Shown: positions 38,768 to 49,144, numbered from the stretch's first letter. The stretch is 64,000 bases of DNA from Myxococcota bacterium (GCA_965140415.1 OZ223209.1:1248001-1312000), one strand, 5' to 3'. The notes: generated by a model from the sequence alone, not told the origin. Translations and numbers: made by a program.

Positions 38768-40750
38768 TCACGGTTCATTATCATTATTTACTTCAGAGTC
38801 TACTATTGCACAGCGGAAAGATATATTTGCGCTTTCTCTAGAGACGTATTCCCAACCGATGGTATTAGCATCCTCAATTCTGAGAATTGCGTATGCACTG
38901 CTGTAACGGGGACTAGAAGAAGTCCACTCAAGGTTATCCCCTAGTGCCTGAAGTGAGTATGAGCTATCTGAAATTGTATCGGTACCATTTTTAATAGCCA
39001 GTTCCAATTGGAATTTATTAGGAGTATTGGAGGATACAAAAGTGCAATACCTTACGGCTGAATAAGTGTCAATTTCATTAACATACGCGGTTTTGGGTTG
39101 GGGATTCTGCCATTCACCATCATTGTTTACCGGATACCCCAGTTTATTGCAATCGCTATTGAGGACACAGATTTCGTATTGCTTATAGGTAATGGGAGAA
39201 CGGCTGATGTAAAATGAATCAACGGTTACATACTCTTTTTCTTGATCTGCACTCTTGCTTTTTTCTTCTTCTGGCATAAAGTGATCCCCTGGAATCCAAA
39301 CAAATTCGACTCCTTTGTCGAAGTAATTGACAATTTCGTGTGTGCCGTTTTGAATTTTCTCGAAATCTTCGTTAAAACGTTTGTAAGCCAACTCGAATTG
39401 CTGCTTGTACCAGTCTTTCTTCTTTGGAGGAATTCGTCGAGCCGGGGCATCCAGGAGTTTTTTCAGCAGAGATTTATGTTTCCGCCATTGTAAGAATGCC
39501 TTTCTCAATTCCAACGATCGAGCGGCCTTTTTCTTTTCCGCGGTTTCGTACATCGCCACGGCTTTTTTGGCAACAGTGATATGTTTTGGTTTTGCATCAA
39601 CGTGATTGATTACCTCTTCCCACGCGTTGGCTTTTTCCGAATAGGATGTACTCGAATTATCCTCTACATCCCAGGCGTGATTGAGCTGATCGTAAAACTC
39701 CTCTGAAATTCCAAATAGATCTTCTGGTGGCAACTCTCCCGTTTTGGTGATTTTGGGAGCGGGAGGTAAATCTGGGATAACACCGAACGGATTAGGTGGA
39801 GTAGGCTGAGGAACAGGTTTGAACCCCTTCAGGTTTGGCCCATGGCTTTTTGCTCTAATCGCCAGAACCATTTCGGAGTCTTCACTTGGAAAAAACTGCG
39901 GTTCCTGGTCGCGATTAGTTGTGTCGCGGATAGCTCGTCCGGCATAAGCCACCGCCTCACGCACCGTAACCTTTTGATCGTGATTTCCGATCAGGTCATT
40001 GTCTGCCCATCCAAGTAGAGCACCTAGCAAAAGGTAGCTAAATGCCGGGCGCGATTGCCCTTGTTGTAGTGGACCCGCCCATTGATCCTTACGACCGGCA
40101 GTAAGCAAGGTCGCGTTGCGCCCCGAATATGCGTTGTCTCGTACAATGCGGATAGCTTGATGTTTTCCGAAAAGAGAGTCAGATTTTTCGCTTCCGATAC
40201 GGCCACTGAAACAGGTGTCGATTACCATAACGATCTTGCGATGAAAACCGGTATTTGCCAATTCAAGCATCGCGTTTTTTGAGATTCCTGTTGCGTTGAT
40301 GATATCGGGATCTTGTTGTGCATTTGCTCCAAGTAACAGGAGGTCGTTTCCATCATTTGTGGGAATTCCGTGTCCGATAAAGACGATCCACAACAAAGCA
40401 TTGGGGCCAACATCCATTGCAACTTGTTCCAATTTCTTTAATATTTTACTTTTAACTCCTTTTTCATTTTTCAAAATCTGAATCTTGGATGAAGAAAGTC
40501 CGCGAACGGTAAGAAAGTATTTTTCCCAATCTTCGGCGTTGCTCACAGCACCCGGAACGGGTGCAATATGGTCGTATGCATCTATCCCGATTATTAGCGC
40601 TGCATCCTTTTCTCCCCCGCCTTGAAAGGTACTTTGTAACATTAAATCGGATAAATCCGGCCAAGTTGAACGGCTGCTATCCGCACTTGCAAGGTTCGAG
40701 GTAAAGAATAGAAGTAGACTAAAAAGTAAAGTGAGGAGAGCGCTACGCAT
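38768..40750 (-). CDS. Secreted caspase-like (C14) peptidase fused to a degenerate FGE-sulfatase/CLec-fold domain; AT-rich islet
   Basis: Signal peptide; ALIIGIDAY..., FIGHG (His) and IDTCFSG (Cys); QEPQ; Pro linker; C-terminal FVWIPG...VDSFYISRSPITY.QY...DNLEWT...SFRCA; GGAGG RBS. Confidence 0.8.
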   Translation of the reverse strand: MRSALLTLLFSLLLFFTSNLASADSSRSTWPDLSDLMLQSTFQGGGEKDAALIIGIDAYDHIAPVPGAVSNAEDWEKYFLTVRGLSSSKIQILKNEKGVKSKILKKLEQVAMDVGPNALLWIVFIGHGIPTNDGNDLLLLGANAQQDPDIINATGISKNAMLELANTGFHRKIVMVIDTCFSGRIGSEKSDSLFGKHQAIRIVRDNAYSGRNATLLTAGRKDQWAGPLQQGQSRPAFSYLLLGALLGWADNDLIGNHDQKVTVREAVAYAGRAIRDTTNRDQEPQFFPSEDSEMVLAIRAKSHGPNLKGFKPVPQPTPPNPFGVIPDLPPAPKITKTGELPPEDLFGISEEFYDQLNHAWDVEDNSSTSYSEKANAWEEVINHVDAKPKHITVAKKAVAMYETAEKKKAARSLELRKAFLQWRKHKSLLKKLLDAPARRIPPKKKDWYKQQFELAYKRFNEDFEKIQNGTHEIVNYFDKGVEFVWIPGDHFMPEEEKSKSADQEKEYVTVDSFYISRSPITYKQYEICVLNSDCNKLGYPVNNDGEWQNPQPKTAYVNEIDTYSAVRYCTFVSSNTPNKFQLELAIKNGTDTISDSSYSLQALGDNLEWTSSSPRYSSAYAILRIEDANTIGWEYVSRESANISFRCAIVDSEVNNDNEP

Positions 40751-40875
40751 TGTTAACAACCTCCGATGATGCAAATAAGTTTATTTATCTATATACAGAA
40801 TGTTGGTGAATTGTCAAATCTCGATAGAATTAAGAATTGCAGACGAAGTTACCCCGTTGATTCTCCACCCCCACC

Positions 40876-41961
40876 TCAATTCACATTACCTTGTTTCGAT
40901 TTCGTCTTGTCGGCCAGTTGCGCGTGGGCTTTCATTTCCGGCACCGGCAACAGCATCAGGTTCGTGCCGCCCGTTTCGGCGTCGTGGAAACTGGCCGCCG
41001 CCAGGCGTCCCTTTGGATGCAGCCAGACTTCCACGGCGGAACCGGACAGTTCCACGTCTTCGTGGCGGTCCATGCTGCGTGTGTAAAAACTTAGGATGTT
41101 GCCGGCGCGCCCTTGCTCGTCGGGCGGGATGGTGACGAAGAGGGAGGCGTCCGCCGGGATTGACAAATCGCCGGGGCTGTCGATGAACAGTACCAGTCGG
41201 CGCTCGTGGGTTTTCAAGTCCACCTGCTCCACGCGCAGAAAGCGGTTGCCGCGCTCGTCTAACAATTGATAGTGCAGCAGCAGGTGTTCGCCATCGGCCC
41301 AACCAATTGAAATCAGGTGCGAAGCAGGGTCCGAACCGGGGGGAATCAGCTCAGGTGTGCCGCCTTGCAGCGGTACGACGTAGGCTTCGTGACGAAACGC
41401 GCCCAACGACTTCAAATCCGGGGGCTGGTCGAGATCCGGCATCGGAATCGCCATAAAAGCGATGTGGCGGCCATCGGGGGAGGCGCAGGGTTTGGTCGGC
41501 TTGGAGGGCAGCTCTTTTAATGCAATCGCCTGCGCCTTGTCGCGTCCCTTTGGCAAAAAGACCAGGTTACCCGCTCTGTCCAGCGCCACGATACCGTGAT
41601 TTGCTGCGTAACTGGGAAAGCTGCCGCCATCTAGGGCGGAAAGTCGTTCCGTTTCAGGCTCGTCCGGGCGGCTGTAGTCGATCTCTACGATGCTGCGCTC
41701 GAACAACTGGTCGTTATTATTGATGTTCTTTCCTTCTTCCGGCAGAAGTCGCAGCGCCAGCAGGCGTGCTTCGGTCGGATGAAAGACCAGTTGCTCCTCG
41801 CGAAAAGCGCCCTGAGAAAGCCGGGTTAGGGCATCTGGCTCTTTACTCGGCGACTGCGTACAGCCGGAGGAGCAGACGCTACTTACGCCCAGCGTAATCA
41901 ACGCGCAGAAAAAGATGGGAACAATGGCAATCAATCGTGGAAAATGTCTTGACAATCTCAA
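40876..41961 (-). CDS. Hypothetical lipoprotein, TolB-like beta-propeller
   Basis: Signal ending SSGC; SPDGRHIAF and WADGEHL repeats. Confidence 0.6.
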   Translation of the reverse strand: MRLSRHFPRLIAIVPIFFCALITLGVSSVCSSGCTQSPSKEPDALTRLSQGAFREEQLVFHPTEARLLALRLLPEEGKNINNNDQLFERSIVEIDYSRPDEPETERLSALDGGSFPSYAANHGIVALDRAGNLVFLPKGRDKAQAIALKELPSKPTKPCASPDGRHIAFMAIPMPDLDQPPDLKSLGAFRHEAYVVPLQGGTPELIPPGSDPASHLISIGWADGEHLLLHYQLLDERGNRFLRVEQVDLKTHERRLVLFIDSPGDLSIPADASLFVTIPPDEQGRAGNILSFYTRSMDRHEDVELSGSAVEVWLHPKGRLAAASFHDAETGGTNLMLLPVPEMKAHAQLADKTKSKQGNVN

Positions 41962-42122
41962 TATCCTCTGCTAGTCGTAATGGCCCTGTAGCCCTTTGAG
42001 GTTACGGTTGTATACAGTACGTTAATCACGCCCCCGGGGCAAGGAAAGAAGGCAAAGTGCGAAATAATTACGACGGCAAGGGTACACGAAAGATGGGAAG
42101 TCCGCAACGAGGCAGGGATGGA

Positions 42123-42311
42123 ATGACCTGTTTGGAAGTGCGGGTCAACGATGACTTGGAAAAAGCGATCCGTGCGCTGAAGAAGAAAATGGCTCAGGAA
42201 GGGTTGTACAAGGAAATGAAGAAGCGTCGCTTCTACGAAAAACCCTCCGTGCGCCGCAAGCGGAAATCAGACGAGGCCGAGCGCCGTCGCCGGAAGAACG
42301 CCCATCGTTAA
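42123..42311 (+). CDS. rpsU: 30S ribosomal protein S21
   Basis: LEKAIRALKKK...EMKKRRFYEKPSVRRKRK. Confidence 0.93.
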   Translation: MTCLEVRVNDDLEKAIRALKKKMAQEGLYKEMKKRRFYEKPSVRRKRKSDEAERRRRKNAHR

Positions 42312-42365
42312 ATCGGTCGTTTTCGCGCGATTCCAATAGGTTCTTTCATTGCCTGATAAGATAAC

Positions 42366-42403
42366 GAGGAACTCTCTCTCTAGAGGGGTTCCTCTATTTT
42401 TTT
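42366..42403 (+). terminator. Rho-independent terminator after rpsU
   Basis: GAGGAACTCTCT-loop-AGAGGGGTTCCTC followed by a T-run. Confidence 0.8.
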
Positions 42404-42683
42404 ATGCGGAGCAAGCTTTCCGAAAGCACTTTGAAGCTACTTTTCACCTCCACGCTAGTTTTCGCGCTGTTTGGCTGATTCCTTCCTTTATATATAGAGC
42501 GTTCTCCCGTCGTTGCCACTGACTTGTGATTCAGAGTAATATCTGAGATGACTGAATTCTATTGGACAATACCCGATTCATCCGCTACGTTAGCCCCCGT
42601 CTTGCATCGTGAAAAGACTGCGAATTCGGTTAGGTGTCGTGCAAGATGATCCTGCTGAACAAAATCCCGAGGTACAGGCAAGT

Positions 42684-43235
42684 ATGCTGACCAAGCTTCT
42701 GAGCGATAAAAGGGAAGCCATCCTGAAGAGTTGGTTCCAACTGATAGTGGAAACCTATCCGGCGGAGTCCTCTCGTTTTCTGAGTATCGAGAAAGATCGC
42801 TTCGCCAATCCGGTAGGGTTTTCCCTGCGGGATGGTATCGGTGTGTTGTTCGACGATCTGCTCGCCGAGCGCCAGACCGATCAGGAAAGCTCGGAGCTAG
42901 ATGGCATTATTCGCGTGCGCGCCATTCAGCAGTTTCGGGCGAGCGAAGCGGTGACCTTTGTATTTCTGCTGAAATACGCGATCCGCTCGGAACTGGACAT
43001 GAACAACGCCGATGCGGAGTTGTTGCGTGAAATGCTGGCGTTTGAATCGCGTGTGGATCGTCTGGCGCTGACGGCCTTCGACATCCACATCGCGTGTCGC
43101 GAGCAACTTATGGAAGTGCGCATCAACGAGTTGAAACGTTGCGTTCCCAAAACCATGGAATTGGAAGTGGCCCGCATGGCGGAAAAGATCGCCTGTCAGG
43201 CTACTAAGATGGATAAAGACACAGAGAGGCATTAA
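42684..43235 (+). CDS. dsrT: DsrT (RsbRD N-terminal domain protein)
   Basis: W...IVETYP...FL..EKDRFANPVG, IIRVRAIQQF.ASEAV.FVF.LK; directly upstream of dsrM. Confidence 0.9.
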   Translation: MLTKLLSDKREAILKSWFQLIVETYPAESSRFLSIEKDRFANPVGFSLRDGIGVLFDDLLAERQTDQESSELDGIIRVRAIQQFRASEAVTFVFLLKYAIRSELDMNNADAELLREMLAFESRVDRLALTAFDIHIACREQLMEVRINELKRCVPKTMELEVARMAEKIACQATKMDKDTERH

Positions 43236-43268
43236 CCCGCAAATTCACACGTAGTGAGGTGGTGGCCG

Positions 43269-44273
43269 ATGAACGCCCTTGGTTCCATTTTAATTTCGCT
43301 AGCAGCAGTTCTAATTTTGGTCGTGCTCGCAATTGTGGGCTCTTCCATTGGGCTGCAATCTGTTTTCGGGATCGTTCTCCCGTATCTGGCGATCGTCGTC
43401 TTTTTAGTCGGCTTCGTCTGGCGGGTGCTGCGCTGGGCTAAATCCCCGGTGCCGTACAACATTCCTACCAGTTGCGGACAGCAGAATTCGCTGCCCTGGA
43501 TCAAACAGAACAAGATCGAAGCGCCCAGCACCAAGCTTGGAGTGTTCGTGCGTATGGCGATGGAAGTGCTGTTCTTCCGTTCGCTGTTCCGCAACACGCG
43601 CGCGGAAATCACCAAGGAAGGACGCCTGGTGCACGATTCGTCCAAATACCTTTGGGCAGCTGGGTTGGCCTTTCACTATTCGTTCCTGGTGATTTTCCTG
43701 CGCCACATGCGCCTGTTCAGCGAGCCGGTTCCCTTTTTCGTGCATGGGCTGGAATTCTTCGACGCTTTCTTCGAGATCGCCGTGCCGGCGCTGTATCTGA
43801 CCGACCTGATCATCGTGGGCGCGATCAGCTACCTGTTCCTGCGCCGCGTGGTGGAACCGAAGCTGCGCACCATCTCGCTGCCCGCCGATTACTTTGCACT
43901 CTTTTTGCTGCTGGGTATCGTGTTGTCGGGCATTCTGATGCGCTACTTCACCAAGGTGGACATCGTCGGCGTGAAAAATGTGGCCATGGGCTGGGTCAAC
44001 TTCAACCCGGTGGTGGTCGATGGACTGGGCGCGGTGTTCTACGTGCATATCTTCCTGGTCTGCTGCCTGTTCCTGTATTTCCCCTTCAGCAAGCTGATGC
44101 ATATGGGTGGTGTGTTCCTTAGCCCGACCCGTAACATGTTGAACAACAGCCGCGAGCGGCTTCACGTTAATCCTTGGAACCCCGAAGTCAAGCCTCATAC
44201 CTACGATGAATGGGAAGAAGAATTCCACGATGTGTTGGTCGCGGCTGGCTATCCGTTAGACAAGAAGGAGTAG
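43269..44273 (+). CDS. dsrM: DsrM, membrane cytochrome b (NarI-like)
   Basis: WAKSPVPYNIPTSCGQQ.SLPWIK, EVLFFRSLFRN, FH...RH.R.F, YFPFSKLMHMGGVFLSPTRN. Confidence 0.95.
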   Translation: MNALGSILISLAAVLILVVLAIVGSSIGLQSVFGIVLPYLAIVVFLVGFVWRVLRWAKSPVPYNIPTSCGQQNSLPWIKQNKIEAPSTKLGVFVRMAMEVLFFRSLFRNTRAEITKEGRLVHDSSKYLWAAGLAFHYSFLVIFLRHMRLFSEPVPFFVHGLEFFDAFFEIAVPALYLTDLIIVGAISYLFLRRVVEPKLRTISLPADYFALFLLLGIVLSGILMRYFTKVDIVGVKNVAMGWVNFNPVVVDGLGAVFYVHIFLVCCLFLYFPFSKLMHMGGVFLSPTRNMLNNSRERLHVNPWNPEVKPHTYDEWEEEFHDVLVAAGYPLDKKE

Positions 44274-44275
44274 AA

Positions 44276-45919
44276 ATGGCCAAGACTCCGAAACCACAGG
44301 AACTGATCAGTTCGGCTGGATTCAAGCCGATCACCAAGGGGTGGATGGATCCGACCATCGATTTCGAGGCGCGTGCCGGAAGCTGGTCGTATGCGGGCGC
44401 GAAAAAGAATCTGGAGTATCTGGATTTGCCCAATCCCCGTCAGTGGACGCCAACTGATGACGACTGGCAGTTGCCCGACAACTGGAAGGAAATCATTCAC
44501 GAAGGCATCCGCGAACGCTTGGATAAGTACCGCAGTTTCAAGCTGTTCATGGACATCTGTGTACGCTGCGGCGCTTGTGCCGATAAGTGCCATTTCTTTA
44601 TCGGTTCTGGTGATCCGAAAAACATGCCGGTACTGCGCGCCGAACTGCTGCGCTCGATCTATCGTAACGATTTCACCTTGGCCGGAAAAATCATGGGCAA
44701 GATGGTCGGCGGACGCGAGTTGACCAAGGATGTCATCAAGGAGTGGTTCTACTACTTCTTCCAGTGCACCGAATGTCGCCGTTGCTCGGTATTTTGTCCG
44801 TACGGTATCGACACTGCCGAAATCACCATGATCGGTCGCGAGCTTCTGGGCGAGCTTGGTATCTACATCAACTGGGTCATCGACCCGGTCGCCAACTGTC
44901 ACCGCACAGGAAACCACTTGGGGTTGCAGCCGCATACCTTCAAGGATAACCTGGAATTTGCCTGCGAGGAACTGGAAGACGCCACCGGCATCGCGGTCAA
45001 TCCGACCTTCAACCGCAAGGGCGCGGAACTGCTGTTCATCACGCCTTCGGCAGACGTTTTTGCTTCTCCGGCCTACTATACCTTAATGGGTTACCTGCTG
45101 CTGTTCCACCAGTTGGATCTGGATGTGACCTTCAGCGGTTATGCTTCGGAAGGTGGTAACTTCGGTCTGTTCACCTCGCACGAGATGATGAAACGACTGA
45201 ACTACAAAATGTACGCCGAAGCCAAACGCCTGGGTGTCAAATGGATTCTGGGTGGTGAGTGCGGCCATATGTGGCGCGTGGTTCACCAGTACATGGCGAC
45301 CCACTGGAACGGCGCGGACTTCCTGGAAGAGCCGGTTTCGCCGATTACGGGTACCAAGTTCGAGAACGCCAAAGTCACCAAGTTGGTTCATATCTGCGAG
45401 TTCACTTCGGATTTGATTCAGCATAACAAGTTGAAATTCGACAAGAGCCGCAATGATAACGTCAAGCTGACCTACCATGATAGCTGCAACCCGGCGCGTG
45501 GTATGGGCTTCTTCGAAGAACCGCGCCACGTTATCAATACGGTGTGCAACAACTTCTACGAAATGCCCGAGAACACCATTCGCGAGCAAACTTTCTGCTG
45601 CGGCGGTGGTGCCGGACTGGGCAACGACGAAAACATGGAAATGCGTATGCGTGGCGGTATGCCTCGCGCCAGCGCAGTCAAATACGTACACGACAAGCAC
45701 GGCGTCAACATGTTGGGTTGCATCTGCGCAATCGACAAAGCCGTCTTGCCTACATTGATGAATTACTGGGTACCGGGCGTCGATGTCTGCGGTATCCACG
45801 AACTGGTTGGCAATGCCCTGATCCTCGACAACGAGCCGAAGCGAACGATGGACCTGCGCGGCGAACCGTTGCCGGGCGTTGAAGAGGACGAAGAAACGGA
45901 GGGTAACGGCGATGTATGA
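44276..45919 (+). CDS. dsrK: DsrK, cytoplasmic Fe-S/CCG subunit
   Basis: CVRCGACADKCH, CTECRRCSVFCP, GECGH, YHDSCN, CCGGG. Confidence 0.96.
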   Translation: MAKTPKPQELISSAGFKPITKGWMDPTIDFEARAGSWSYAGAKKNLEYLDLPNPRQWTPTDDDWQLPDNWKEIIHEGIRERLDKYRSFKLFMDICVRCGACADKCHFFIGSGDPKNMPVLRAELLRSIYRNDFTLAGKIMGKMVGGRELTKDVIKEWFYYFFQCTECRRCSVFCPYGIDTAEITMIGRELLGELGIYINWVIDPVANCHRTGNHLGLQPHTFKDNLEFACEELEDATGIAVNPTFNRKGAELLFITPSADVFASPAYYTLMGYLLLFHQLDLDVTFSGYASEGGNFGLFTSHEMMKRLNYKMYAEAKRLGVKWILGGECGHMWRVVHQYMATHWNGADFLEEPVSPITGTKFENAKVTKLVHICEFTSDLIQHNKLKFDKSRNDNVKLTYHDSCNPARGMGFFEEPRHVINTVCNNFYEMPENTIREQTFCCGGGAGLGNDENMEMRMRGGMPRASAVKYVHDKHGVNMLGCICAIDKAVLPTLMNYWVPGVDVCGIHELVGNALILDNEPKRTMDLRGEPLPGVEEDEETEGNGDV

Positions 45920-46298
45920 TGGCCCGAAGATCATTACCGGGATCGTGATCTTTCTCGTGATCGTCACGTTCCCGATCTGGTACAACGTCGCAAGCGGCAA
46001 GGCCGACTATCAGCCGGACCCCAAACTGCCTGCAACGGAGAAGTCCTGTGTCATGGACACCGCTTACATGAAGGCCAACCATATGGACCTTCTCAATACG
46101 TGGCGCGATGAAGTCGTGCGCAACGGCGAGCGCGTGTTTACGGCTCAAGACGGTCGCAAATACAATAAGAGCCTCACCGGCAATTGCTTGGGTTGCCATG
46201 AGAGCAAAGCGGATTTCTGCGACCAGTGCCACAACTACGTGGGTGTTGCTCCATACTGCTGGAACTGCCACGTCGACCCTGAAAAGGATATGAAGTGA
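45912..46298 (+). CDS. dsrJ: DsrJ, triheme cytochrome c
   Basis: N-terminal TM helix; HMDLL..WRD.VVR; CLGCH, CDQCH, CWNCH. Confidence 0.95.
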   Translation: MYDGPKIITGIVIFLVIVTFPIWYNVASGKADYQPDPKLPATEKSCVMDTAYMKANHMDLLNTWRDEVVRNGERVFTAQDGRKYNKSLTGNCLGCHESKADFCDQCHNYVGVAPYCWNCHVDPEKDMK

Positions 46299-47071
46299 TG
46301 GATGAGAGCAGGAGAAAATTTCTGAAGTTGGCCGGTGTCGGAGCTTTGATGTTCGGCGCCAATCCGATGGTGAACGCCGTTGCGGCTCCGGGGCAGGGTG
46401 ACGTTCCGCAGGAACACCCGCTGACCGCGAAGCGTTGGGCGATTGTCATCGATGTAAAGAAAATGCAGGCGAATCCTGGCCTGGCGGAAAAATGCGCGGC
46501 GGTCTGCCACAAGGTTCACAACGTCCCGAAATTCGACAATCCCAAGGACGAAGTCAAGTGGATCTGGCAGGAAAAATTCGAGCATGCCTTCCCGAGCCTG
46601 GAGCAGGAAGTCGCTTACGAGAAATTCCACGAAAAGGATTTTCTGGTTTTCTGCAACCACTGTGACAATCCTCCCTGCGTGCGCGTCTGCCCCACCAAGG
46701 CGACCTGGAAACGCGAGGACGGCATCGTCATGATGGACATGCACCGCTGCATCGGTTGTCGTTATTGCGTGGTGGCCTGTCCTTATGGCTCGCGTAGCTT
46801 CAACTGGCGCGACCCGCGGCCTCATATCGAAAAACCGTTCAGCTCTTTCCCGACCCGCCAACGCGGTGTGGTGGAAAAATGCAACTTCTGTGCGGAACGT
46901 TTGGCTATGGGCCAGATTCCGGCATGCGTGGAGCTTTGCAAGAACGACGAAATGATGTTCGGCGATCTGGAAGATCCGAATTCCAAGGTTCGCGAAGTGC
47001 TGGCCAAGCGTTTCTCGATTCGTCGCAAGCCGCATTTGGGCACGAGCCCGCACATCTTTTATTTAGTATGA
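46298..47071 (+). CDS. dsrO: DsrO, periplasmic Fe-S protein
   Basis: Tat signal SRRKFLK; CNHCDNPPCVRVCP, CIGCRYCVVACPY, KCNFC. Confidence 0.94.
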   Translation: MDESRRKFLKLAGVGALMFGANPMVNAVAAPGQGDVPQEHPLTAKRWAIVIDVKKMQANPGLAEKCAAVCHKVHNVPKFDNPKDEVKWIWQEKFEHAFPSLEQEVAYEKFHEKDFLVFCNHCDNPPCVRVCPTKATWKREDGIVMMDMHRCIGCRYCVVACPYGSRSFNWRDPRPHIEKPFSSFPTRQRGVVEKCNFCAERLAMGQIPACVELCKNDEMMFGDLEDPNSKVREVLAKRFSIRRKPHLGTSPHIFYLV

Positions 47072-47078
47072 GGGTGAC

Positions 47079-48236
47079 ATGCTAGAGAAAGCACTAAGTG
47101 GTAACACTCGTTATTGGGGATGGCTCGGAATTCTAGGGCTGTTCATGGCCGTGGCGGCTGGTTGTTATCTTTATCAGTTGCAGCAAGGTCTGGGCGTCAC
47201 TGGCTTGAGCCGTGATATTCCCTGGGGCTTTTACATTGCACAGTTCACCTTCCTGGTCGGTGTTGCGGCCAGCGCGGTGATGGTGGTGATGCCCTATTAC
47301 CTCCACAACTTCAAAGAGTTCGGCAAGATTGCGGTATTGGGTGAGTTCGTCGCCATCGCCTCGATCATCATGTGCCTGAGCTTCATTTTCGTGGATATGG
47401 GCGGCTCGCATCGTATTTTCAACGCGATCCTGCATCCCACGCCGAATTCCATGATCTTCTGGGATATCGTGGTTCTAAACGGCTACCTGGTCCTTAATGT
47501 CATCATTACGCGCGTGACCTTTGCCGCCGAGAAAAAGGGCGTTGCTCCACCGAAGTGGATCAAGCCTGTCATCTATCTCTCGATTCCCTGGGCGGTCAGC
47601 ATTCATACCGTTACGGCGTTCTTGTATGCCGGTCTGGGCGCGCGCGCATTCTGGATGACTGCCATTCTGGCTCCGCGCTTTTTGGCCTCGGCTTTTTCCG
47701 CCGGTCCTGCGCTGCTGATTCTGCTGTGCCTGTTCCTTCGTAAAACGACGAAGTTCGATGTTGGTGAAAAACCGATTCACAAACTGGCCGAGATCGTGAC
47801 CTACGCCATGGCCGTCAACCTGTTCTTCGTTGGCCTGGAACTGTTTACCTCGCTTTACAGCAGTATTCCCGAGCACATTCATCATTTCGAGTATATGTTT
47901 ATCGGTCTGGAAGGACATACCGGCCTGGTCGTTTGGATGTGGATTTCGATGATCCTCGGTATTTCCGGCTTGACGATGCTGCTGATTCCGAAACTGCGTC
48001 GCAACCTGAAACTCCTGCCTGTCTTGTGCGCCATGGTGATTATCGCGCTGTGGATCGACAAAGGCATGGGCATGGTTATCACCGGTTTCATTCCCACTCC
48101 GCTGGGCCATGTGATGGACTACACGCCGACTCTGGTCGAGTTGCTGATCAGCCTTGGCATTTACTCGCTGGGCGCTTTCGTTCTGACCGTGCTGTACAAA
48201 ATCGCCGTCACGGTGCGCGAATACGAAATGCAATAA
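47079..48236 (+). CDS. dsrP: DsrP, NrfD/PsrC-family membrane protein
   Basis: MLEKAL.G...YW, TGLSRD..WG.YIAQFTFLVGVAASAVM, SIPWAVSIHTVTAF, PRFLASAF. Confidence 0.95.
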   Translation: MLEKALSGNTRYWGWLGILGLFMAVAAGCYLYQLQQGLGVTGLSRDIPWGFYIAQFTFLVGVAASAVMVVMPYYLHNFKEFGKIAVLGEFVAIASIIMCLSFIFVDMGGSHRIFNAILHPTPNSMIFWDIVVLNGYLVLNVIITRVTFAAEKKGVAPPKWIKPVIYLSIPWAVSIHTVTAFLYAGLGARAFWMTAILAPRFLASAFSAGPALLILLCLFLRKTTKFDVGEKPIHKLAEIVTYAMAVNLFFVGLELFTSLYSSIPEHIHHFEYMFIGLEGHTGLVVWMWISMILGISGLTMLLIPKLRRNLKLLPVLCAMVIIALWIDKGMGMVITGFIPTPLGHVMDYTPTLVELLISLGIYSLGAFVLTVLYKIAVTVREYEMQ

Positions 48237-48256
48237 TCGATTCGAATTCAGAATTC

Positions 48257-48294
48257 AAAAGCCCTCTGCTTGGAAAAGAGCGGAGGGTTTTTTT
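48257..48294 (+). terminator. Rho-independent terminator after dsrP
   Basis: AAAAGCCCTCTGCT-loop-AGCGGAGGGTTTTTTT. Confidence 0.8.
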
Positions 48295-48500
48295 GTTGGT
48301 ACGTGAAGTGCCACAGTGCAGTATGAAACTTCATGCTGTGACGTGATCGTGTTGGACCGTAAAAGCACGTAGATGACCGGTAAATGACGCCAACTAACCC
48401 ATGGCAAACAGTATGCCGATTTGCCACGAAGGAAACAAAAGGCGTTATGAGGCAGCATGAAGCAGCAAAGTGTTTTCATCCAAGTGTCCACGAACTGCTC

Positions 48501-48549
48501 TTTGGTGTGCTTTTAGTGCGCGTTTAGTGTGTGTTTAGTGTGTGTTTAG
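48501..48549 (+). repeat. 11-bp direct-repeat array (TTTAGTGTGTG-like x ~4.5)
   Basis: TTTGGTGTGCT / TTTAGTGCGCG / TTTAGTGTGTG / TTTAGTGTGTG / TTTAG. Confidence 0.75.
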
Positions 48550-49144
48550 GGTCGGAGCAAAATCACGTTTAGTCTCTTTTTTGAATGCTGAAAAGAAAAT
48601 TCAAAGATAAAACTGGAAGCCAGGGAAGAGAAAAAGTCGGAAAAATGTGAATGACGTTGTTAAGATAATCGACGGACTAGTGACTGCTGGTAGTCAGCAT
48701 GATAGCCGGAAGGAATATAAGAGTTTTAGGCTTCCTTGGAGATTTAATCGTCACCATCTTGATATGAATTGTAGTCAATGCCGTAACCCACTGGAAACAC
48801 TGAATTCTTTTTCAGCAGCATAGATACTGAATGTAATCGTGAAACGGTGTTTAGTAGTAATGGTTTATTATTACTTTTTCGAATAGTTCTCAGATTAATA
48901 AATCATTGGAATTGCGGTCGTTTTTACTTGAATTGTCCGTGAGTTTGCCCTAAAAAACATTGCGGATAAGAAATGTATAGGCACGAGAACTGTAACTTGC
49001 GGAAAGAGGCTTTGGTTATACAATTACACAAGAAATTGCAAGGTCATTTTTTCCGATGTGCTGTTCCTATTTTAGGTTTGGAATCAATAATGTGTGGATT
49101 CCAAGGCGATCATTCCATCAATTGAGGAAGGAAGGAGATCGAGT

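Noticed and set aside
38768-39320. FGE/CLec-fold C-terminus as a diversity-generating retroelement target
   Set aside because: I saw no reverse transcriptase and no template-repeat copy in the window.
48840-49100. AT-rich stretch as a replication origin
   Set aside because: Only one imperfect DnaA-box-like sequence (near 48961) and no dnaA/dnaN/gidA context.
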